Of a DNA stretch of 64,000 bases, positions 42,101 through 54,100 are shown piece by piece (position 1 is the first letter of the stretch; each line of letters begins with the position of its first letter). This stretch comes from Acanthaster planci. Its lineage: Eukaryota. The notes below the pieces were generated by a model. That model saw nothing but the letters and a program-made list of their open reading frames with translations, did no database searches and was not told the DNA's origin. The position numbers and the translations under genes were made by a program. The stretch spans positions 214,021-278,020 of the forward strand of contig NW_019091359.1 in assembly GCF_001949145.1 (NCBI RefSeq), read 5' to 3'.

Positions 42101-45100
42101 CCTTTACTTCCAGTGCTTATACTTTTTCCCTTTTAGCTCATAATTATTTTTTTTCTCCCTCTTGTTAAGACCCACCGTGAGAAAATTATGCGATAGTCCT
42201 CTGTCTGGGTAGTTTGTAAGAGGTACTTTATTGCCATGATAATTTCCTGCAACAGACCCATTCATGGTATGCCTTGATGGTCTTTTGGAAGGGGGGGAGG
42301 GAGTGCTTGGTCTTTGTGAGGCAAAATAGTGAGGGGAGGTTGGACCATAGCCCACCCCGGATACAGACCCCATTACTGTCACAAGACTCGTGCCTGTTTG
42401 ATGACCTAATCAGTTCTGATCTTTTTTTTAATTCCTAATTCTGCATCACGACAGGTTTTTTTCTGTCGACGGGGTCCCTTTTTTTGACAGATTTTACTTT
42501 TTGTTTTGATTTTTTTGTCTTCTACTCTTGCACTCTCCCTTTAGAGGGAGATGCGGAAAACCCTAGCTTTCATGCATGGAAATGTGTCCATTGTAGGGTA
42601 CTGTGTGGCCAGCCTGTTATAATGGATAAATTTCCCAGGGACACCATCGCAGGTCATTACCTCAGGCATGCAGCAAGCCAGTACCAGTATCAGAGACCCC
42701 CTGAAATGTGCGGGGGGGGGGGAGATACGGAGGGGGGAAGTATGGGGATGTGGACCACTGTGAAACTTCCTGATGCCAGACTGCCAACACGGAAAGTGCA
42801 GTCACTTTGAACAGATGACTGTGATGGTGGGACTGAGACCTTGCCTGTGTGATACAAGGAGCTTATGTCCTGACTGGGTATCGGCCGGCCGGCCGCTGTC
42901 TTTTATCTCCCTACATCGGCTTTGACGAAAAGGGGGGGGGAATGCAACAACAAAATTGATAGTGGTAATAGCAAAAGTACATCTGCCTTCAGTCTTTGAT
43001 GGGCCACTGGGGTCCCTTGTGGCTTTTGTCATGTTCACTGCCGCCAGGAACTAAATGGTCCAGTGGCGGTGAATGGCCCTTGCACAATGAGACCCCCCTG
43101 TCATTAAAGCAGTCAATTGTCATGACAATGTGTGATGATAATGTGGGGGGACTTGTGGCCGTCTGTGGCGAGTCGCGTTCCGGACGGAGCAAGAGAATCG
43201 GGGGCGTGGGGAGGGAGTACGGACGGGGGGACTTCTCACAGTGGGCTTCTCCATGATAAAGGGCGGTGATGAGAAGGAATGGAAAAAAAAAAGTGGTTAT
43301 TTGTTTACCATATTCCACCACACTGTACGAAAAGATGGCAGCTTTAGATAAATCTTTGTGCTACCAAGATCAGATAGTAGATTACAGGCTGGGTAACATC
43401 TGCTGACATTTCGATGGGTGCACTGTGGATGAGCAGACTAGACCTCTAGGATCAAAGGTATCCAGGAGTGATACACATTCATCTTTGAACCTCTGGATAC
43501 AAATAGGGTCACCGTAGTTTTGGGTTCACACAAATAATGGATTTGTGGTCTTGCTATTCGCGTTTCCAAAACCTGCCAAAATTGTCACTGTGTTGTTCAA
43601 TCGAGGGCAGTCTATTTGTTATGCAGCCCCGTGTGAAGCAATCGTGGCCGGTCCATGTTCATGTGCTCCTAAGTCCACCAAAATCTGTACAAATCGGGTC
43701 CTGGATTTTGCCATAATTGCATGAGGGTTAAAAAAATTTTAAAATAAGTCAGTAAATGTAGCCCCCAAATTACATCGTCTTTGAAATTAACATACAAATT
43801 GCCATTGAACAAACCATATGTTGCTTGCCAGGCATCATGTGATCGCTGCATGTACTTGTGGCAAAAGCCTGGACTGAAATTTGTGGCATTTTTTGTGGCA
43901 ATTTGAATTTGAATTGAATTTTTTTATCTAAATGGCTGTTGTTCAGCCTAAAAACCTAATCCAGTGGACCTAAAAAGGCAGGCTTACACAAGCTTTGTCA
44001 CAATAATTTTTGTCTGTAGTGGCTGCGTTGTAATATGGGGCATAAACTTGCCGAAGTTGCAAATTGAAACAGCTTGATTCAGGTTGATCCATACCTGTGG
44101 AAAGACCTGAGAAAACGACAGCATTTTTACATCAATTTATATGTACTGATATTTTTTTTAATGCAGTAAGGAATTTGAAACCTTCACCCATGTACATGCA
44201 AAGTCTTATTCAACGTTCATACACATGTCCACAAAACAACACCCACGGGTGCGGCGGTTTGGTGTCCATGCTCAATATGTTTGAAAAAGTTTGAAATAAA
44301 CATTGAAACCCCAGTCAAGCGAAATCCCGGTGAGAGGCATGCAACCAGAAAGTGTACCAGGATTGTTCAAGGGTTACTCGCATGCACGACTTCTCATGAA
44401 CAATGGGACCCAAACACTTTTGGACGGGTTGATTGTGACACCGGGCTCCGTTCTACTTAAAAGGTGTTTTTAACCCGTAGCTTTTTCTTTAGGGGGGGGG
44501 AGAGAAACAGGAAATGGATGTGTTGGAGCAAGTCAACCCTGACCGCTTGTGGGATCAGCATTATTCAGCACATTTCTATCTGTGGACTGGAACTTAATAT
44601 TTTCTCATATTCCCTCAGCAAAAGAAACCTCTACAAAGCTAGACAACTGCACGACAGGACTTGGACTATTTGCTGAGTAATTTGCTATTTACTTAGTAAT
44701 TTGCTTATTTATTCAAGTTTCTGTTCTATTATGCTACAAGGATTTTGGGATCAACATGCCAGTGATGTTAAAAACTACAATTACTTGAAGCTAAGTTGAT
44801 CAAAGTTGTTGATTGCTACATTTGCATATTTTTCATGGCTGTGTTATAGCAGTTCTTCCAGCATGCCTGTAATAATGCCAATGAATGGTTGTAATGTTTC
44901 ACTGTTGAGCTGTCTTGTCAAGAAATGATGTCCCTCAAGGCAACACGCCATGTTCTCATGTTTGTACACAGGCATCTTATGCGCAAAGTACGCTACTTAG
45001 CAGTTTTGCAAATCTGTCCGGTCTGTGCGGGAGCAAGAGAGGGCGTGCTTTACATAGCAATGATGGCCCTCTGGTGGAAACACACTGCATGTGCCCAGAT

Positions 45101-48100
45101 GAAACGATTGCCACCAGCCTGTCTCTGCTTTGTCTCTGAGGGGGTGCTTCAAGGGGAGGGGGATACTGGTGCTGAACCAATTGTACCGATGTGGAGAGGA
45201 TAGTATGTGTATGACTTTAGAATTTTTTCCGGGCGGGGGCAAAGCACACTGGCAGCAAACTGACTTGCCATCAGTTTGGAGAGGCCATTTCTGATGTATT
45301 TTCAAGCAAACTGGCGGTTTCCCCCCCCTCCCCTTCCCCTTTTATCCCCTTTTTATTTATTTTTTTTCCTAGGGGAGGGCAGGACCGCTTCCTCCTCCCC
45401 TTCCCACTATGATGTCCATGCCGGGCAGTCTACCTCCCATGGTAAAGGCTTAAAGGTCAAAGGTCATAGTGTAATGTTATCAGTTATACTCAAGTGTATG
45501 TATTTAGGAGAGAAGGGGATGACTGTTCAACTCATACCCCTGAACCCAAGCCCACTTCATCCTTTTAGCTGAATCTGCCACTGTCGAGCTGCACAGCTGT
45601 TGGACAAATGCAGGAATGCCGCTAGCTGGTTAGAGTAACCATTTACAAACCAAGCAGGGCAGACAGTATTATAACCCAGTGAAACTGATATAACTTAAAC
45701 ACGTGCTGAACACTTCAAAAGATTCCACAGCCCAAGTGTTTTTGTTTCAGTACAAAGTGTGTCGAATTTTCAGTGTCCTTTTCAACCCTGTGTGTACTTT
45801 TCCATGTTTACATCAAGCTTTCCAGATTTAAAAGGGAAAAGAACAATTGCGAGGAACCCATTGATTTCAGAGGGTGTTCACCTTCGCGTGGTGCTAACCT
45901 GGCAGATATGTGGCACAGTTGGCATCATTGTTCGAAACCCCAAATCGTGTAGACTTTTTGTCAGGTTTGGTGTCCCTGGTTGAACATCATGGTTGCAGAG
46001 ACAGGTGGACCTAAAATGCGCGAGCCAGCAACACTGCTGGGCACCTTTTGTGGCAGCTCAACCCAGAAACACTATTTGTCAATTTGGAACAGTTGCGACT
46101 ATTCTTCCCTATGATACTCTTGACCTTTATTATTTTCTAGGTGCCTAGTACATGCTTGCTGGATAGGACTTAGGATAGAAGAGAGGGGAGGACCATTTTT
46201 GTCCGCAGGGAACAATCTGCCAGGTGCCACCAATGTCATCAACAGGAAGGAGATACTCTGTAAACTTGAACACATTCCCCTATAAAGGAAGCCAGGTCTC
46301 TGCTCAGCATTGCATGTAATAGCCTTGTTTTGTAATGAGCGGCACCTTTGATGTGGGGTCCCTAAGGCCGCACGGCAGCCTTTGAAGTCCACACAGTCAT
46401 CGGCAGGACCAAAAAATAGGCAACTCTGGTAGCCTAGAAATTAACACATTATGACTTCAAAGAGAGCGGCATGGGCTTTTCTCTTTCTTTGAAGTGGTGT
46501 TGCGGATTTGTCAGTGCCATTGTTAAGAGTAATATTTGCACTGGGGGGAGGAAAAGTTTCACCCTTGAGTTTTATCAAGTTTGGTTTTTCTTTGATTCTT
46601 TTGTGCTGACCTTGTGTTGTGAAAAGCCTTTTGTCACTCACTTGTCTACCCTGGAGTTCTACATAATAGTTATTTCTACTCTCGTGACCTAGTTTGAGGC
46701 ATTTGCTGATACATGCTGCATCGTTAAAAAAAACTTCTGGAGTGATCAGAAATTTGACTCAAACATTTCAAACCTTTACACTACTGTTCCATGTTCTTGC
46801 TACCTCTCTTGTTCACCGTTGTACGTGTGATGACCATTTGGTGCTGACCCTTCACTCACTGTTGTCTGATGAAAAGTGGTCTCTTTTCCAAAAACAAATC
46901 TGATCAATAAACAGTTGACTAGTGCGTGACCGCTAATGCCTGGAGAAATTAAATTTATACTGGTAATGACATTCAAAGTGCCATCCTGCATTCACACAGA
47001 TACACCGGAAAAATTTGGACTAAAAGTACTGACGACGAATTACCCAATGGGAAGATTGCATTTTCTTTAATACCATTATGGTTTCCTTCATTTCAAGGAA
47101 TGGACCAAGTTGGCCTTCAAACCAGCTGCCCCTGTGGTAGGAGGCAAATCTTAACCTGACCAGCCCAAAATTTGTTGTCTTTTCCCACCAGTGCGACTGC
47201 GGTCAAACCATGCCAAGACCAAGATCCAAGGTCTCGGCTCGGGCAAGTCATCGCGATTGGCGGCAGCAGCCAAACAACTGGTATTAAAATGAAATTTAAA
47301 TTGATGGAGCGTCGTTAAGCTCAAGGTCTGTTTAACCCCGCAAAAAGCTTTCCCCCTGATTGGCGCTGTTTGCATCTGACAATTTTTTTGCATCACCAGG
47401 GCATGCAATTACTCAGACAGCTAATGTTATGCTCGATGAAGAGGGATCCAGTGGAAAATTAACATGGCCATTTCAACAAAATTTTAGATCTGAGTGATCA
47501 ACTTTGGTGCAACTTACTTAACTTGTCAATGTTCTATTGATTGGTATCTGATGGAAGTTTTTTGTTCTTATTGACCTGTTTGTGGCCTCCGTAACTTGTT
47601 TTCCCTGGTTCTTTTGAAAAACTTATCTCCATGGAAATCAGAACCACAACAGTAAGTTTCACTTTGAAAGGAGGAAATACAATACTTTTGTGTTGCTCTC
47701 CAATCATAGGCCAGTTAAATAGAACCTTTAGGTAAGTTAAATCTTTATGCAAATGTGAAGGAATTTTGACGTCGCAAAAATCCCCTGTATCAGAAATATG
47801 CATAAGCTTTTGTGAATTAGCAGCTCTAAAGTTTGCTGTAATGTTCAATCTCTTTTTGTGTTTATTTTCATGTCAAGCATGAACCGACTTGCCAGACTCT
47901 GAAGTAGGCCACAGATATTTTCTGCAGTTTCTTCTTAATAGTTACTTCAGCTCTCCAGGAACTTTTTCTTGATAGTGCATTCTTTTATTGCATCTTTAAT
48001 CCCGACTAAGTTTTCTTTTGACTGATTGGAACAGCTGTTGCGGACTGGAGACCTGATTTCAAACTTTTGTGTGAGGACCCCACAATGTCCTCAGAGCTCC

Positions 48101-51100
48101 TGAAGTTGTATTGGGCCATTTTCCAATACTCAACTTCGTCTCTGCCTCAGGCTACGTTCCCAAAACCAATCCCCGATTGTGGGCCTGAAGCGTTTAAATT
48201 ACATTGGATTACTGTCATTTTTGGCTTTCTTGCATCTTATTTGATGTTCTGTGGCACTATTAGACTGGTTACTGCGCTTACAGCTTCAAAGTCAGCTAGT
48301 AAAAAAAACAGATGAAGCCTGAGACGGAGCCGAAGTTGAGTTTTGGAAGAACGGCCTTGGTAGCTGTGTATCTTGACAATGCTGCCTTCTCTTTAATCTG
48401 AATAGCCTGGGTCTGGGGTAGTGACACACTTGCATTGTACTATGCATTCATTGATATTTGGATATTCCAATATTCCACTATGTCAAAGGTAATCAGATCA
48501 TCATTTCGCAGACTGCATTGAGCAAGGAATTGTGAAGTTTGTTAATATGTGTATATTTCCAAAAGGCAGTGTTGATCACTACTTTCAAATGTTGTGTTTT
48601 TTGGGGGGTTCTAAAAAATTCTGTTTACTAATTTGGAGTTTTTGCTCCTCTCCCTATGTCAACGATAGACAGGACTTTTGAGCTGTGTCAAACAAGTCTA
48701 AAGCCTTTGTCCATTCAGCATGGTATCTACAAGATCACGGCCAATTAAATGTAAGGAGTAGCCATGTCCTGTTCTTCGTGTAACGGTAATCAAACACACA
48801 TACTTTTTTCCGTAGTTGCGGTTGCAAACACATGTTCTTTGACCTATTTTGTAGGGACCAAAAGTTGTGTGGACAGAGAAGTGTCTCCACAACTTGGTCC
48901 TCATTTGTTTAACAAAAGAAATTGCCCCGTACTGTAAGGAAGGCCTACCCATCATTTCCAAGCAATTACACATCTCTCGCCCAGCAGTTGGTGGTAGCCT
49001 GGACACCCACCCATACTTGTTACACATGTGAAGCGTGGACCTTCCTTTGTTCTCCTGTGGTTATGGTAACTTGAGGAAAATGCTCCTTTTCTCCAATTAG
49101 GATAACTCCTTCGAGCTGGATTTTTGATGATGATTTCCTGGACTGTTCCTCTTCATTTTGCCACGGACAACCTTGTCCCCCAAATGCCTCTGAAACTGTT
49201 TTTTCAGAGAGGGGAAAACATTTGATGGACGTTGTGTGAGTCCACACAAAACACCCTACATTATGTGGACTTATTGTGTGCAGAGGTCCACACTACATGC
49301 ACATGTATGTATGGCATGCCTGCACACTTGTGTTTCTAGCTTGACCCTACCGGCTCGGCCCTGCAGCCGGGTAGCCACCCAGGAGTTTAAGCCATAAGAG
49401 GCTGTGGAAGTTTGTACTTCAAGCCAGGACATTCCTTATGCCCAAATCCTTATTATTTGATTGGTGGATCACTGATCACAGCTTGATAAAAATGGATTGA
49501 TTGACATTCATCCGTCCATTGGCACAGTTACACTTTTCATTATGCCCCAATGCAGCTCATCACTAAAAGATATGTCATGCAGTTATTCGTTTATGCAATG
49601 AATAATGAAAGTTTCATATTTGTGTTCTTATTCAGTGACAGATAAATATTCCATCTGTCATCTCATGAAATTATTCGGACCATTCCTGTCGTCAGCATGA
49701 ATTATTTGTACCGTGTCCATTAGGAAGATTGGGAAAGGAGTGGCGGAACAAATTCACATACCTAAGACCAAAAAGATGATGGACTACATGTACATGTGTG
49801 TTCATCACAACTATGTCTAAATGCTACTCTTTGGATGAGGGAATGACAAAAAAAGCCATCCATTTTCTCCGTCTAACTCATCTCTGCAAAAGAAGCAAAT
49901 TTGGGTCAGCAAAGAACGGCGATGGACCTTTGCATTCATTGAGTGTGAGGCGTTGGTACATGGACCATGGAATGATAGTCCATGCATAACTTCAGCACTT
50001 ATGCTGTTGTGACAGGGAGAGACGTACACGACCCTTGTTTATTACTTTGGCCTATAGAATCTGCCCCATTCCCTTGTATGATCCACAGTTGCACAAATAT
50101 TCAATATGAGGCAGTAAGCCCAGACCGTTTTGTGATTGTTCTTTCAATGAATTGTTCAAAACCGTTTTCCATATGTGTCCCTATTTTCTGTTTTTCCTTT
50201 CCTACCGTATGTTAATCCTAACATGATTGTGATTATAACTGGTATACCCTCTATATGCCTCAAAACCAAAGAAAACATTGTGAGCGTTTTGCCGCCACAT
50301 TTGAAAAGTTTCCAAAAATGTATAACTTTTTTTCTAGTTGCCTTCCTTTTGAAGGTGATATGCATTACTAGAGATGTGCTTGCTGACCAGTTGCACCGAT
50401 TAAGGCCCTGTTCACGGCCAATGTGCAACCCGTACTTTTTCCCCTTTGTTCAAAGAGTTTCTCTTCAGAAGATCAAGAGTCTGATGTCTGACCACTCTTC
50501 ATTGTGATGTGCGTCTTGCAATAATTTCACATGTTTAGGAGTCTAACTGTACCCTTAAAACAATGCGAGGGGTTAAGCCCTCTATTGTCAGTTTGATCAT
50601 CTTTATTTGACTGTGTGGGTAACGTCTGATAGTAGGTGTTGAAATGCCCGCCAGTGTTGTGTGTGAAGACGGCAGTGTTGTAGTCAAGTTCTTTTTGAGA
50701 ACCAAGTTCTCTGCCAAATATTTAACTAGTTAGGAGGGAACAAAGCTGAAGTACATCAGCATTTGATGGTACATGAATAAAGGTAAGATTACAATGTGAC
50801 ATAATAACTTCGGACCATCACTGTTTGATTTAAAATAAACTTTTTAGGACAAAAGTACTTGGAAAGTACTCGGCCGAGTTCTTTCCGAGCACTTTTCTCC
50901 TTAAAACTTAAATTTTACACAGCTGGGAGTGTCTGAAGTCTGACATTTATTTTGGAATCTTACCTTTGCACATTTACCATCAAATGCCTGTGCACCCTGG
51001 CTTTATTCCCTCTTACCCAGTTCATTATTTTACGGAGAATGTTGGTACTCAGAAAGTACTGGACTACAACACCGGAAAACGGCAGTTTTCCGGCATGCCA

Positions 51101-54100
51101 AAGGCAGTAAGTGTTTCCTAAATGTGATTCTCTCTCTGTCATTTCTTTTCCTGCAGCGAACAGCTTGGTAAAATACTGTGTTAACAACCCATCCCCAACA
51201 TATTCTCTTTGTGCATGTCTATTCGGTCTGTCTTGGCTATTCCCATCCCAAATTCTTAATATCTCTACATTCTTTGTGAAAATTTTACACTGTGTGGGTT
51301 TCCTTCTCATGGGCAAATTGTGGCAGGAAATGTTATTTTTGCTTTTGCAAAACTCTGGGAAAACAAAAAAAACCTGTTCTTTCCCAAAATAATGTTGTGT
51401 GCCGTACACCGATTGCAGGTAAAACTTTTCAATCTGCCATTCAGTGCTCCAGCCAGTTATACCTAATTGAAGTTTATTGAATGGAAAAAAAAATGACTTC
51501 AAGAAAAGAAACAGCAGTAGTAAGTGTCTCAATGTAGCCAGAAGTAGTTAATGAGATGAGTGTGTAAGAATGTGCCGACCCCTCCCAAGCACTCTGCGCA
51601 TCACAAATCCTCACTGCGCATAAAATGTACACATATGTTTTTCCTCGTTTCGATGGGGATATACACAAATATTTCCACGTAAACCTTCCTTTCCCTGACA
51701 AGCTTTTGTAATATGCCACTTATGTAATTCTGGTTGGTATCGCTCCAGGTTGTGTTGGGCCTAGGGCCCAGGAAGAGATCACATTTTTCATGATCTAATG
51801 TACATTCCGAGCAGCATTCCTCCACTCACTCTGCCAAGGTATAGAATAACCCTGCTTATTTCGTTTCAGTTCTTACTTGTGGCTACAGCACAACATGGTC
51901 AGTGCAGTAACCCACCAGAAGACCTTCATAGTCCCTTGAGTGGACTGCCAATAACTCAGTTTCATTGCAGCATTAATTAATTAAAAAGCCACTGACGGAT
52001 GAGGATGCTGGCTTGCACAAGTAATGTGTGGGAGTACTCAGTCGGTCCCCATCCATGTAATGACATTCTGATACATGGGTGGGGAAAGAGGAGGTTGTGA
52101 TGACGTAGACGAGCGTCTTCCACAGAATTCCCCATTTGTGTCATTTCATTTCTTAATGGTGGAAGTAGATTTACACAGGGGTAATTTATCATGGGTTGGG
52201 CTTTACGACACAGGCACTGTTGGCGTCAACAGTAGCGCGGCTCAGTGGTGCTGCTGATGGGTTACAGACCCGGAGATATTTACCCAGTGCCAGCTACTGG
52301 AGGCTGGGGGCTGTACGCTGTGAATTCAAGGTGCCGTCAGAAGGCGCCACGTAGTCGGTGGGCACTGCGGCAGGCGAACCCGTTAATGGTTTTGCAATGT
52401 CAATTAGCCCGCTCACCTGTGACTGTGGCAGGCCAGGTGAGATGTGGCGACGTGCAATGCTTGCCCGTGACTGGGGGGGGGATCCAGACGCCGAGATCAG
52501 ACACCCGGCAATGCCCAAGCAGTAATTGCCCATTGTCTTTATGAGGCAGTGCCTTGCACCGGGCGATATTACTCCCTTAATGTTTTTGGCTGACGGGGGA
52601 GTAAAAGCATTTATGCCTAATTGGATGCTCACGTTGAGATGATCGGCACAAGTCACAAATCACCCTACCAAAATTTCCCCTCCTCAGAGGTTATGAACAC
52701 TCAAACGGGCAGTGTTCGGGCTTTGTTGTAATGCGTTATTCCCTGAAGAAGCGAAAAGCAGGTCACCCTGAAAACGACCATTCAGAAACCTGCGAGGGCC
52801 AGATTGGGGGTTTTGCATGTATGTGCATATCATCCCAAGGGGAGGAGAATTGATATGAGAAGCGTGCTCTTTAGTTCATCAGAAGTGTGAGAATTCATCT
52901 TTTTAGCTGATTTCAGCTTGTTTTTTGTTCAGATGTTAACCCGGAATTTCAGCTTTTTAGGTACACTAAGTATGGGAACTTTTTACACTTCAGCTTTTTG
53001 CTAGCTGTTTTCAGCTTCAATTTTAAGTGGCCACCCACACACCCCTGATTCATGCTCTACATCTTCGAGATTCATATCTTAAGTTAGTTGTGAGTTTTGT
53101 GAAGAAAAAGCAAAATTTTAGAAATTACTTGAAGAGATTGGATGTAGTTTGTGCAATTTTCCTTTTTAGTTGTAGTTTACTGAGAGAACTGCTAGGGCTA
53201 TGCCAAATATTTGAATATTTGATCAATTATCGAATACTCAAATACTTTTTTTCTGAATATGAATATTCAGATGCAAAATTCATGAAAAAGAAGGGAGAAT
53301 TTTCTTTTGTTTTAAATGAGAAAAATTGCACTGTGGCGGCTTGTTTCAAGCAGATTCAAATGAAAAGTGACAGAAATCTTACCACGATTCTAAAAGTAAA
53401 TTATTCATTAAAAAGTTTAAAAGGAATAGACATTTTCAATAGGGCAAGAAGTATTGTTCATCTCTAAATCTTGCTAAATCGTGGCTGGAGATATTTCTAG
53501 ATGTGAGAAGGTATTATATTGATCATAATGTACAATGGTGTGCATCATTGCAATTGATTTTGTATGTGTTTCGTTCATCAATTATCTGCTGGTCGGGACT
53601 ACTAAATATGGGGATATTTGATCAAATGGAAGGTCGGATATTCGAATAGTGAATTATTTGAATTGACTCAGCCCTAAGAACTGCCTCCGCATCCGTGTAA
53701 ATTTTCTTATGAGTATTCTTTTGGCAAGGTGCCTGCACCTGTTGCTGTGTTTGTGCCTGAATTTGGCATAAAATTTAGTTGTCAGGTACTGAGAGTAGAA
53801 TTGCCTGTTTAAACGATCCACCACTCGAGGCTGATTTGTCCTCTGCATGAGGGCAACTGCAAACCAAAATTTGCGACCTCACAAGTATTCAATGTGTGAA
53901 TTCGCTAAAAGTTCACCAAAAATTTCACTGTGAACATTCAGAGGAAGTTCTTGTTAAGTGTAATTCAATTTGAAACGTGGGCTCTTTTGCCATGCCTGCA
54001 TTTGCATCTGATTGCAATTCAGTCAAATTCCTGTATCAATTTAGTAACACTTTGTGTCTGTTTTTCGGAAATGGAGAAGAAAAATCAGTATGTTTGGGGA

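Noticed and set aside
42484..42810. ORF with WKCVHC after a good acceptor, considered as the exon carrying the second CxxC
   Set aside because: It runs into poly-G with no convincing donor; exon 54145-54305 fits splice signals, phase and motif pattern much better.
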